Below, in pieces: positions 25,485 to 38,090 of a DNA stretch of 47,047 bases. Below the pieces are notes generated by a model. The model made no database searches. It was given only the letters and a program-made list of their open reading frames with translations, and had not been told where the DNA came from. The DNA comes from a phage. The first letter of the stretch is position 1. Each line of letters opens with the position of its first letter. A program made the translations under genes and the position numbers. The stretch lies in sequence record OZ335955.1; one strand, 5' to 3'.

Positions 25485-27862
25485 TGGCTGAAGAAGTCGG
25501 CGGAATTGTCTATGAAGTCGGGATGGATGTTAAAGGCCTGAAGGCTGGCGCGACAACAGCCAACAAGACTTTAGATGACCTTGAATCATCAACCAACAAA
25601 ACCACAAGCGCGCTTGGCAGGCTGGATAAAAATGCCAGAAATGCTGGCAGCGGAATGAAGAATGCTGGCGGCGCAGCTTCAGGGCTAAAAACCAGTATGT
25701 CGATGCTGGCTAGCGCAATATCCGTGTCACTGATTATCGAATGGGGTAAGCGATTCCTTGAGGTTGCTGATAACATGACGCAGCTTCAGGCAAGGATTGC
25801 TCGCCTGTCAACTGATGCGAAAACCGCGAACGAAACATTCAGTTCACTGGCAAATATCGCCTCAACCACTGGTGCAAGCCTGAGTGACACTACGAAGTTG
25901 TGGGAGACATTGACGTCATCACTGAAAGAGGCTGGAGCGACAAATGCGCAGGTTCTGAACCTTACCGATACCCTGCAAAAAATAGGACGAATCGGCGGGT
26001 CATCAACCGAAGAAATGGCGAACGCATTACGTCAGTTCGGTCAGTCAATCGCATCTGGCACAATCCGTGCAGAAGAGTTCAACTCCATCCTTGAGCAGAT
26101 GCCTGAGCTTGCTCGCCAGATAGCTGCTGGTCTTGGTATTTCAATGGGTGAACTTCGAGCCAGAATGCTCGACGGAAAACTGACGGCGGAAGATGCACTG
26201 AACGCCATTCAGGACAGAACAAGAGTCGTCAATGCTGAGTTTGAAAAACTTCCTCGCACAATGGATCAGGCTGTTGGTTCTCTTGAGGTTTCATTCTCCA
26301 AACTTGTGGTTGCCGTTAACGATGCTACTGGCGCATCAAAAACAGCAGTTGAGATTATCGACCAGCTGGCAAAATACATTGATTTCCTCGGTGACAAGTC
26401 AACCAGCACGAGCGATAAAATTCTGTCTCTCGCCACGGTTATATCGAAGTTAAACCCGGGCGCGTGGGCGCAAATGGGAGTTGATGCGCTTTTTGGTGAT
26501 GACGATATTGAGAAGCAAAAACAATATAACGATCAGGTTGAGCGATTCGTTAAGGCATCGGCGGAAGGCTACGAACAGACAAAAAAACAGGCTGAAGCAA
26601 CAAAACACCTGAAGATTGCGCAAGCACCAACAAAAGATAAAAAAGGCAAAGGAAAGGGTAAGAGCGCAGAGGAACGTCAGGCTGAATCAGTCGCTGAAAA
26701 GCTGGAGAAATTACGCCAGCAGACCATGCTTAATGCCACATCTACCAGCGAATTATCCCGCGAGCAAGCCATTCTCAATGCTCAGCAATCACTTGGAAAG
26801 GCGGCGACTCAGGAGCAAATAAAACTGGCTGGTGAATATGCCGCTAAGATTTGGGACCAGAAGAATGCGTTGAAGGAGCAGGCAGAAGCGGAGAAGGAAA
26901 GGCAGCGTGTAGAAAAATCATATCAGGGACTACGCGCCATTGCGTCACCAACGACTGGCATTGACAGTGAATACCAGCAACGCATGGCTGACCTTGATGC
27001 TTATGCTGCTGCGTACCCGCAGAAAATTACGGAGATTGAACAGACTCGCGCAGCAATTGAAGCGCAATATAGCCAGCAGCGAATGGATGCCATGTGGGCA
27101 GAATGGCAGCAACAAAGCCTCGGAGCGCAACTTTTCGGTACGGCGCTTGATTCGGCAATGAGTACGGCATCAAACAGCATCACCGGATTACTGACAGGTA
27201 CAATGAGTGTACAGGATGCAATGCGCAGCCTCGGCTCTACTGTACTGAACTCTCTGGTAAATAGTTTCGTCGAAATGGGTGTGCAGTGGGTTAAATCTGC
27301 GGTTATGGGGCAGACTGCGCAGGTTGCAGCAACCGCTACCACAACAGCGGCGCAAACAGCAGGACTGGCAACTACCACAGCCGCCTCAACTGCGGCGGCA
27401 GCCACCACTACGGCGGCATGGACCCCAGCTGCAATTGTTGCTTCAATCGGTTCATTCGGCGGTGCGGCTGCAATTGGTGTAGGTGCTGTCCTTGGGGCGC
27501 TGGCGATGGGGATTGCTGGCAAGCGCAAGAATGGCGGCCCTGTTAGCGCCGGAAGCATGTACGAAGTGGGAGAAAATGGCTTGCCTGAGATATTCCAGGC
27601 ATCCAATGGTCGCCAGTACATGATTCCCGGCAACGATGGCTCCGTTATCAGCAACAAAGACCTTACCGGAGGTAGTGGCGGCGTTGTGGTTTATAATAGC
27701 GTTTATAATAATTCAAGCAATGCTAGCGCAACAAGCAGAGCCACTGATAACGGTGATGGATCGATAACTATTGAGACATTTATATCCGATATGAATGAAG
27801 GCGGCCCAATGAGTCAGTCTATCTCAAGGAACTTTAATACCAACAGGAGAGCAACCGAATAA
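25484..27862 (+). CDS. tail tape measure protein
   Basis: 792 aa, long coiled-coil region, C-terminal hydrophobic Gly/Ala-rich segment then GGPVSAGSMYEVGENGLPEIF block as in lambda gpH-type TMPs. Confidence 0.85.
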   Translation: MAEEVGGIVYEVGMDVKGLKAGATTANKTLDDLESSTNKTTSALGRLDKNARNAGSGMKNAGGAASGLKTSMSMLASAISVSLIIEWGKRFLEVADNMTQLQARIARLSTDAKTANETFSSLANIASTTGASLSDTTKLWETLTSSLKEAGATNAQVLNLTDTLQKIGRIGGSSTEEMANALRQFGQSIASGTIRAEEFNSILEQMPELARQIAAGLGISMGELRARMLDGKLTAEDALNAIQDRTRVVNAEFEKLPRTMDQAVGSLEVSFSKLVVAVNDATGASKTAVEIIDQLAKYIDFLGDKSTSTSDKILSLATVISKLNPGAWAQMGVDALFGDDDIEKQKQYNDQVERFVKASAEGYEQTKKQAEATKHLKIAQAPTKDKKGKGKGKSAEERQAESVAEKLEKLRQQTMLNATSTSELSREQAILNAQQSLGKAATQEQIKLAGEYAAKIWDQKNALKEQAEAEKERQRVEKSYQGLRAIASPTTGIDSEYQQRMADLDAYAAAYPQKITEIEQTRAAIEAQYSQQRMDAMWAEWQQQSLGAQLFGTALDSAMSTASNSITGLLTGTMSVQDAMRSLGSTVLNSLVNSFVEMGVQWVKSAVMGQTAQVAATATTTAAQTAGLATTTAASTAAAATTTAAWTPAAIVASIGSFGGAAAIGVGAVLGALAMGIAGKRKNGGPVSAGSMYEVGENGLPEIFQASNGRQYMIPGNDGSVISNKDLTGGSGGVVVYNSVYNNSSNASATSRATDNGDGSITIETFISDMNEGGPMSQSISRNFNTNRRATE

Positions 27863-28380
27863 TGGCTATCATCAAATACCCTGACTGGCTGCCACTGGCA
27901 CAGCGCGCCAGTAAAAACCTGACACAGCAAACCCCGTTCCGCAGTGACCAGCCTGCGGTTGGAACGCCGATTTTCCAGAAGTTGACAACTGACATTGCGG
28001 CGACATGGAGCCTGACGTGGAAGTTTACGCTAGCAGAAGAACGCGCATTTATCCAGTGGTTGCGTAGTTCGAACTACCTCAACAAATGCAACAACTGGTT
28101 CACCATGATGATTGACCTCGGCGGCAGCGGATTGCAGGAGCAGACTCTGCACTTTACCGATTATCCTGTGCAGACCAGTATTGATGGCGGCGTGGTCACA
28201 TGGACTGGCAATGTTATCGCCAAGAAACTCAATAACACAATGGATGAGTTTGATGATGTTCTGGTTGAGCTGGATTACAGATGGTATAACTGGCTGGATG
28301 AAGTCGTTAATCGCGAACTCCCGCAGGCCGATTCCGCGTGGGGTAGTAAGTACATCACAACAATAAAATTCAACGTCTGA
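27862..28380 (+). CDS. minor tail protein (gpM-like position)
   Basis: 172-aa ORF directly after TMP with ATGA-type overlap. Confidence 0.45.
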   Translation: MAIIKYPDWLPLAQRASKNLTQQTPFRSDQPAVGTPIFQKLTTDIAATWSLTWKFTLAEERAFIQWLRSSNYLNKCNNWFTMMIDLGGSGLQEQTLHFTDYPVQTSIDGGVVTWTGNVIAKKLNNTMDEFDDVLVELDYRWYNWLDEVVNRELPQADSAWGSKYITTIKFNV

Positions 28381-28392
28381 CGAGAGGTATAG

Positions 28393-31712
<3,320 letters not shown>

Positions 31713-31760
31713 TCCTCGTGATACAATATACATCAAATTCACAAAGGAGCATTTATAATA

Positions 31761-34271
31761 ATGGCTACTATCCCAACTAACCAGCCAATCCCATCAGAAG
31801 ACCCGCGAGACCTTAAATTTAACGCGGGGAAACTGGATGAATTTGTCACTTCGACTGCGCATTTTTATACTGACCGATTTGGCGTTCAACGCTGGACTAT
31901 TTCGGGCATAAACTATACCGCCGAGCAGGCCATTGCTCAGTTTGGTTACATCACACTGGACTCATTCCAGGATGGGGCAACGCTCACTCTGCCAAATCAG
32001 GTATTGCGTGATACAAGCACCGGAGAGTATTACCGCTGGGATGGGGCATTCCCAAAAACTGTTCCGGCAGGATCTACACCGGCCAGCACTGGTGGGGTTG
32101 GTATTGGCTCATGGCTGAGCGTTGGCGACGCCACTCTTCGTGGTCAGATATCTGACCCCAATGGTGCTAAGCTGTATCCAGAATTACAACTGGCGCGCTG
32201 GCGTGATGAGGGCGATGTCCGGGGATGGGGGGCCAGGATTGATGGCATTACAGATGACTCTGACGCCCTGATTTCAGCACTGAATTCAGGGAGTTCATTG
32301 TTGCGGATACCCGCGGGCCGCTGCATTGTAAAAAAATCATTATCCATTCCGCAGGGTGTTTCCTTAATTGGTGCCGGAATTGACTACTGGGATACTTATC
32401 GTCCGGCACCGGATCGCTTGTTAAAAAGCTGGTCAAAGGGAACGCATCTGGTTTTCACCGGAACGGGGGCGAAAAATAAAACATTCAGCAATATTTCCAA
32501 TGAGCGCCCTGTTAAGACCATCAGCGGAGTTGACTGTAAGTTCACGTCTTTCACCAATGAAGACTCTGTAGGAACAACCCCGGCATCCCCTCGGCAGTTA
32601 AGCGTTGCAGTAAGCGCGGCCAGGGCCAGTCAGATTCGCAACCTGCGCATCATGGTCAGCAAAAACGGGATTGATGGATACAACGATTCAAGCTCCAATA
32701 CACTGGGCGATGACTGGGATATTGGACTCCATATTTATGACAGTTCAGATGCCATCGTGGATAACGTCCAGATTGTAGGTTACTGGAGAGTGAAAGGACT
32801 GCTGCTGACTGAAAATGATGGTAGCCTCACAGTTAAAGGGAACTCCGAGAAGACTCATTTCAACAATCTGTATGTTCAGTCAGGTATTGCTGTCCGCAAC
32901 AGTCCTCAGATAGATGTCATCAGCAACACCACTGACAGCGTTACGTTTTTGCATCGTCCATCGTTGCGAATCACTGCAGGGAATACGTTTATGATTGCCG
33001 GAAGCGCAGATGTTCGTACATTCACCGGTTCGACATATGACGGAACAAATGTCACGTTGACGGGGGTAACACCTGCAATACCCGGAACAATAGGGGTTAT
33101 TAGATATTCCAGTATCGGTAACAACTTTTCCGGCACAGTCTTTGAAAATACTGTCGCCACCACGTTGGACCATACATCTGGACAGCCGGCAGAAACATTT
33201 GGACTACCCCCGTCTTTCGCGCTCGAGGTGGATGGATATCCAACCAGAAACCTTCGGTTTGATAAGTTTAAGGCGCAAACCACATACGACCACGGCAATA
33301 CGCTATGGGGTGACTGCAGAGACACCAAGCTGACCTCGTCAGAATTTGAGAATGGTCGGATGGTCGCCTACAGCTTTGCTCAGTCGAAGGGTTATACAGG
33401 TAATATGCGATTCTTCGCCTGCGACCTGCAGACAAGCGTCGATACATCCGGCTTCACCCCCCGAGATGCATTTGTTGATAACCGCCAGATAAAAACGGAC
33501 TTTACCGATGGTTCTTTTATCCTGAAGAACTGGAGGGCTACCAACACCAGGCTGCAATGGTCAAACGGGCAGGACGCGCTGGTATTACGCGAAGCATCAA
33601 CAGAGGCATCTGTAGGTGGACTGTACGGATATACCCTTGATGGCTCACGCTGGCTGACGGTGGATGGGCCAACCAAAGACATAACCATTCTCGCAAGGAA
33701 CGGTAGCATTCATAACCTGGCTGATAACACCTCTGTTATCAACTGGTTTGGCTCTTCTGGCAACGTCACATTTAAGGGCATCATCGCACCGATGGTCGAT
33801 AATAGCAAGTCTATTGGCTCTGCTTCTTTCAGGTGGTCTCAAGTTTATGCCGCTACCGGAACCATCAACACCTCTGACGGAAGATGCAAAACAGATGTTA
33901 CAGGAATTGAAGAAGCAGAGCGCAAGGTTGCTCAGAAGCTAAGAGCAATGATGCGTAAGTTCCGATTCACTGACGCAGTAGACGAAAAAGGCGGCAACGC
34001 CCGTTGGCATTTCGGCGTTATTGCTCAGGACGTTCAGAAGGCGTTTGCTGATGAAGGACTGGATGCGCATGAATATGGACTGTTCTGTCACGACACATGG
34101 GAAACTGAATACGTCCCGGTGATGGGTACAAAAACAGTAGTCGATGAAGAGACTGGAGTTGAGTCAGAGGTCATTTATGACACTAGCGAGAAGAAAGTCC
34201 ATATCGAAGGTGGCGACCGCTACGGCATCCGTTACGAAGAGCTTCTCTGCTTCATCATCGCAGCGATTTAG
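31761..34271 (+). CDS. tail fibre with C-terminal intramolecular chaperone (peptidase S74-like) domain
   Basis: 836 aa; beta-helix-like central region; C-terminal NTSDGRCKTD autocleavage motif and chaperone-domain-like tail. Confidence 0.7.
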   Translation: MATIPTNQPIPSEDPRDLKFNAGKLDEFVTSTAHFYTDRFGVQRWTISGINYTAEQAIAQFGYITLDSFQDGATLTLPNQVLRDTSTGEYYRWDGAFPKTVPAGSTPASTGGVGIGSWLSVGDATLRGQISDPNGAKLYPELQLARWRDEGDVRGWGARIDGITDDSDALISALNSGSSLLRIPAGRCIVKKSLSIPQGVSLIGAGIDYWDTYRPAPDRLLKSWSKGTHLVFTGTGAKNKTFSNISNERPVKTISGVDCKFTSFTNEDSVGTTPASPRQLSVAVSAARASQIRNLRIMVSKNGIDGYNDSSSNTLGDDWDIGLHIYDSSDAIVDNVQIVGYWRVKGLLLTENDGSLTVKGNSEKTHFNNLYVQSGIAVRNSPQIDVISNTTDSVTFLHRPSLRITAGNTFMIAGSADVRTFTGSTYDGTNVTLTGVTPAIPGTIGVIRYSSIGNNFSGTVFENTVATTLDHTSGQPAETFGLPPSFALEVDGYPTRNLRFDKFKAQTTYDHGNTLWGDCRDTKLTSSEFENGRMVAYSFAQSKGYTGNMRFFACDLQTSVDTSGFTPRDAFVDNRQIKTDFTDGSFILKNWRATNTRLQWSNGQDALVLREASTEASVGGLYGYTLDGSRWLTVDGPTKDITILARNGSIHNLADNTSVINWFGSSGNVTFKGIIAPMVDNSKSIGSASFRWSQVYAATGTINTSDGRCKTDVTGIEEAERKVAQKLRAMMRKFRFTDAVDEKGGNARWHFGVIAQDVQKAFADEGLDAHEYGLFCHDTWETEYVPVMGTKTVVDEETGVESEVIYDTSEKKVHIEGGDRYGIRYEELLCFIIAAI

Positions 34272-34360
34272 TAATCATCATCAATATCCTGCATGGCTGA
34301 ACGTGTAACCAGCCATGCAGCTATGATGAATATAATGAATATTGTTACTGTAATGAACAT
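34268..34360 (-). CDS. small hydrophobic peptide (30 aa)
   Basis: perfect SD AAGGAG 5 nt upstream of ATG; product MFITVTIFIIFIIAAWLVTRSAMQDIDDDY; antisense to last codons of tail fibre gene. Confidence 0.25.
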   Translation of the reverse strand: MFITVTIFIIFIIAAWLVTRSAMQDIDDDY

Positions 34361-34376
34361 GGTTACTCCTTAATTA

Positions 34377-34403
34377 AACCCCGCTTCGGCGGGGTTAGTT
34401 TTA
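34377..34403. terminator. rho-independent terminator (bidirectional)
   Basis: aaccccgc-ttcg-gcggggtt hairpin followed by agtttt. Confidence 0.6.
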
Positions 34404-34424
34404 TCATCAGAACGGAAATATTAA

Positions 34425-35024
34425 CTAAGGTTTATACGCCCAAAAAAATCCATTCCTGCATTTAACGCCATTTTTTATTTGATACTCAATTGAATAACCA
34501 CAGTCACGCGCCGCCGAATTATATGATGGATATTCACAAATAAGATTGTAATCAGAATCAAACTTCATGACTTTCTTGCACCTTCTTCCGCTCTTGTTTA
34601 CTCCAGACAATATATCCTGCTTTTGATGATTTCTATTCATCCTCCACGTCCCAAGCCTTATGTTGTCAAAACTATAACCAATAAAATCATTAATTCTGTC
34701 AACGCTTGGCTTTAAATCACAAAGATAACCAGATGAAACCCATTCATCATAAAGCTTTTTGAATCCATTGCTGTATAGCCATGATGACAATTCAGATTTT
34801 GAGTAAGGCATTTCACCATGCCCTCTGAGTTTATTGTGTCTTTTCTGCGTCTTGTATATAACCCTGATTACACCTTTTTCTGTTTTGTCATAAGCATCAC
34901 CAACATTCTTTAGATTTTCTCTAACATCACTCTTTGTGCAATCCTTGCACTTCATCCCTGCGCCTTTATAGAAAGAACCTTCATCCTTTTCAATTCCGCA
35001 TCTTTTACATAATTTCATATACAA
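34425..35024 (-). CDS. homing-endonuclease-like protein with degenerate HNH motif
   Basis: N-terminal Cys4 zinc ribbon, central DRIN...DNIRLGTWRMNRNH resembling a modified HNH motif, C-terminal KVMKFDSDYNLICEYPSYNSAARD...GFFWAY DNA-binding-like region. Confidence 0.4.
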   Translation of the reverse strand: MYMKLCKRCGIEKDEGSFYKGAGMKCKDCTKSDVRENLKNVGDAYDKTEKGVIRVIYKTQKRHNKLRGHGEMPYSKSELSSWLYSNGFKKLYDEWVSSGYLCDLKPSVDRINDFIGYSFDNIRLGTWRMNRNHQKQDILSGVNKSGRRCKKVMKFDSDYNLICEYPSYNSAARDCGYSIEYQIKNGVKCRNGFFWAYKP

Positions 35025-35086
35025 TCCCCCTTCTGTTTTTGTTAATTATATTCAGAAAGGGGCATTGCGTCAAACTAAATCACCAT

Positions 35087-35578
35087 TTAGAAGGGTATCG
35101 AATCGTCGAAGTCCATCGGCGGCTCGTTTCCTCCTTGTTGGCTCTGTTGTTTTGGTGATTGCTGTTGTTGTTGCCGTTGCGGTTGCTGTCCTGATTGCTG
35201 GCGTGGTTGTTGCTGATCAGAATCATCACGTCTACCACCAAGCATCTGCATAACACCACCCATCTGCGGAATGACAATCTCAGTGGTGTATTTGTCCACG
35301 CCGTTGCTGTCAGTCCACTTACGAGTGCGTAGCTGGCCTTCGATATAAACCTGAGAACCTTTGCGAAGGTATTCGCCTGCAATCTCAGCAAGTTTCCCGA
35401 AGATGACCACGCGATGCCACTCGGTCTGTTCTTTCTTTTCTCCTGTCTGCTTATCTTTCCACTGCTCAGATGTTGCAACAGAAAGGTTGACAATTGCAGA
35501 ACCTGATGCTGAATACTTAACTTCAGGATCGTTACCGAGAGTGCCGACAATAATTACTTTATTTACGCCGCGTGCCAT
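35087..35578 (-). CDS. ssb: single-stranded DNA-binding protein
   Basis: near-colinear with E. coli SSB: OB fold, Gln/Pro-rich linker and C-terminal [10 protein letters not shown] tail. Confidence 0.9.
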   Translation of the reverse strand: MARGVNKVIIVGTLGNDPEVKYSASGSAIVNLSVATSEQWKDKQTGEKKEQTEWHRVVIFGKLAEIAGEYLRKGSQVYIEGQLRTRKWTDSNGVDKYTTEIVIPQMGGVMQMLGGRRDDSDQQQPRQQSGQQPQRQQQQQSPKQQSQQGGNEPPMDFDDSIPF

Positions 35579-35581
35579 TTA

Positions 35582-36628
35582 TTAAAATCCTTCAATTGGA
35601 GTTGGTTTGTGTTCGGTTTTTTCTTCCTGTGGTTCTGGCTGTTGTGGTTGCGGTTTAGCCAGTTTCGCAGGGTTGAAGTTATCTTGCGGTGTGATTACCA
35701 CAGGAGATAATTGCTCATCATTGATGAAAGACTCAATGCGATCGTATTCTGCAGCCGAAGCAGCCAGAGAAGGCCATATTGCGCGAATCTTATCTTTCAG
35801 GTTATCAGGTATTGATTTTGCTTCTTCCTTCAAGCCTTCCATGCCTTTTGCGGCAGAGAGCTGAAGTCGTGAGCGCCATGACTCAAACTCTTCGTCAACT
35901 TTAACGCCAGAGTCCACCCATTTGATGAGTCCGCGACCGTGCGCCTCTCCAATATATCCATGACGAACGCTTTCACGACCAGACTCAAAGAAGATTGGGC
36001 GTAGCTCTTCTGGTAATTTGGTGAACTCCTGAATTTTGCCTCCATCGTGCATCATCATGCTCACAGTCATTTCGAACATGAAATCTTTCTCGCACACTGG
36101 CTGCAACCCAAGTGATACAGGTTCCTTCGGGTTTGCGAAATCAGTTTTCTGGCGGGCGCGAAGACAGACAATGATATGCATATTGCTTTGAAGCATGGCG
36201 TTCATGAACTTCTTATGTTCAGCTTTGGCGCGCTTCCAGTCAGCCATCTTTTTACCGTTAAGCAGAGGCTTTTCAGCAATCTCAGTGCAACTGCCTTCCC
36301 CTTCCCATTCGTGCGAACCTGAATCAATAACAAGAACCTTAACGCCAGCAGCCTGAAACTCTTCAATGGCCTGACGGTAACGAGCAGGACTGAATGGTGC
36401 ATACATATCAGCGTGCAGGAATTTACCATCAAGGATGTTTGAGTACAGGCGACCTCGACCATTTTCAGTATCAAGGAATCCAATTTCTTCTGGTGAATCA
36501 ACCATCCCCCGAGCCAGCTTAAGTGCGCTATATGTTTTGCCGCTACCAGACTGGCCAGATATACCGATTACCACGCGAGAACCGGAACGCTCCGCTGGTT
36601 TAATATTTAGAATACCCATTTGCATCAC
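35582..36628 (-). CDS. RecA-like / Sak4-type ATPase (recombination)
   Basis: Walker A GISGQSGSGKT and Walker B-like VLVIDSGSHEW; adjacent to ssb and exonuclease; long C-terminal extension. Confidence 0.55.
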   Translation of the reverse strand: MMQMGILNIKPAERSGSRVVIGISGQSGSGKTYSALKLARGMVDSPEEIGFLDTENGRGRLYSNILDGKFLHADMYAPFSPARYRQAIEEFQAAGVKVLVIDSGSHEWEGEGSCTEIAEKPLLNGKKMADWKRAKAEHKKFMNAMLQSNMHIIVCLRARQKTDFANPKEPVSLGLQPVCEKDFMFEMTVSMMMHDGGKIQEFTKLPEELRPIFFESGRESVRHGYIGEAHGRGLIKWVDSGVKVDEEFESWRSRLQLSAAKGMEGLKEEAKSIPDNLKDKIRAIWPSLAASAAEYDRIESFINDEQLSPVVITPQDNFNPAKLAKPQPQQPEPQEEKTEHKPTPIEGF

Positions 36629-36636
36629 CTCACTAA

Positions 36637-37575
36637 TTATAAATTAAATTGTTTTTTGAACCATTCTGGCGTTTCCATTTCTATTACAGGATTACCCATT
36701 GAATAACCCGGCCACGAATTGGCCTTTTTGCACGCCTTGTAAATTTCCATTGCACCATTTAACTGGATGCGACCGATTCGTAATTGCTCCTCTGTCAATC
36801 GAATCAACGCAGGAATAAACGGCGCTTTCTTTTCCTGCACGAGAAGATTCACAGAGCGTGGCGCATGACCATATGCCGCAACAAACATGTCGTGCTGCAT
36901 CGCCATTTTCATAAAGTAGCCAAGTCGCGCAGCATGGCGGAAAAACTCATCAGGCTTGGCGCTAACTGCCGTCTTGTAGTCAATGATGTCGCCACCTTTT
37001 GTCAGGCAGTCAAAGCGAACTTTTGCTTTTTCTCCATTAAGTTCACCGAGGATTGACACTTCCGCATAAGCACCAGAAAGAAGGCTGCTGTAATAGCTGT
37101 TTGCGTGAATTACAGCACGCATTTGCTGAATAGCATCATAATCATGCCCTTCTAACAAAATGCGACCATTGGAGTTAATTTCAGCAATAAGACGCTCTTC
37201 GTCGTAAATCTTCACTGGCTCGCCAGTTGCACGAATGATTTTGATCACATCAGCTTTCGACTTCCCTGAGAGTCCTTTGATGCCTCGCTCTTTCGCCCAT
37301 GAGTTCATGTCACTGACAGTAACTAGCAGATCATCACCAAAATCTTCTTTGGTTGGCATGCGAGCATATTCAGCATCAAAACGTTCAGGTTCAAGCAACG
37401 CAGTATGGCTACCTGTACCGAAGATAAGAGCTTTTGACTGATCATCTTCTTCGTCTTTGTAGCGCCATGCCGCTGGGCATCTGTCAAGTATATTCCATAA
37501 TCCAGAACCATTGATGTGCTCTGTGTCAGCGTGGTATTGCTCATTAGTTAATTCATTATTAAAGTAGACTTTCAT
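36637..37575 (-). CDS. PD-(D/E)XK family exonuclease
   Basis: 312 aa; D...DYK-type motif (GGDIIDYKT) in a recombination gene cluster. Confidence 0.55.
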   Translation of the reverse strand: MKVYFNNELTNEQYHADTEHINGSGLWNILDRCPAAWRYKDEEDDQSKALIFGTGSHTALLEPERFDAEYARMPTKEDFGDDLLVTVSDMNSWAKERGIKGLSGKSKADVIKIIRATGEPVKIYDEERLIAEINSNGRILLEGHDYDAIQQMRAVIHANSYYSSLLSGAYAEVSILGELNGEKAKVRFDCLTKGGDIIDYKTAVSAKPDEFFRHAARLGYFMKMAMQHDMFVAAYGHAPRSVNLLVQEKKAPFIPALIRLTEEQLRIGRIQLNGAMEIYKACKKANSWPGYSMGNPVIEMETPEWFKKQFNL

Positions 37576-37613
37576 TTGTCAACCTCACTAATCATCACAA
37601 AAATGAATCTACA

Positions 37614-38090
37614 TCAATCCACATCAAAAGGCAAGCCAAAATAGAAAAGTGTGGCTTTTTTTAGTTCATCAAGACCGTAAGCGATGGCTGCATAATGACC
37701 AAGCCTGCACATCTCTGTTAGAACTGCTGATTGATCCTTGCTCACTCTGCTCTTACTTTTGTCACGGCGCTTTGCCTCAATCATTCCGCAGCAGTGGTTC
37801 GCACCCGGAGTCATTATTACGTTATCGCCTATCCCAGCCTTAACACCCATCTTCTGGCGCTTCAGCACAAACTGCACCCTGCTTGATGTGCCAGTTTCGT
37901 TTGGTACATGAAACCACAGAACATCAGGGAAGCGGTGTTGCATCCATGTGCCGTAACCCATCTGGTCAGCCTCCTCTTTCGGGCATTCTCCGCGATAACC
38001 GCCATCAAATACCCATATACCGCTATCAAGCTGCTTCACTCTGTTCTCCTTAAAATTCTTTTCTGTGGATGATATCGCGCCCTTTATCAT
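37614..38090 (-). CDS. VRR-NUC domain nuclease
   Basis: MIEAKRRDKSKSRVSKDQSAVLTEMCRLGHYAAIAYG matches the VRR-NUC core. Confidence 0.55.
   Translation of the reverse strand: MIKGAISSTEKNFKENRVKQLDSGIWVFDGGYRGECPKEEADQMGYGTWMQHRFPDVLWFHVPNETGTSSRVQFVLKRQKMGVKAGIGDNVIMTPGANHCCGMIEAKRRDKSKSRVSKDQSAVLTEMCRLGHYAAIAYGLDELKKATLFYFGLPFDVD

Noticed and set aside
27001-27657. 218-aa minus-strand ORF inside the tape measure gene
   Set aside because: Antisense to a strongly supported coding region; Ala/Val-rich low-complexity translation of the complement of a GCN-rich sequence.
35080-35550. 156-aa minus-strand ORF overlapping the ssb gene in another frame
   Set aside because: The ssb frame is nearly colinear with E. 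coli SSB; the alternative frame is an artefact of Gln/Pro-rich repeats.
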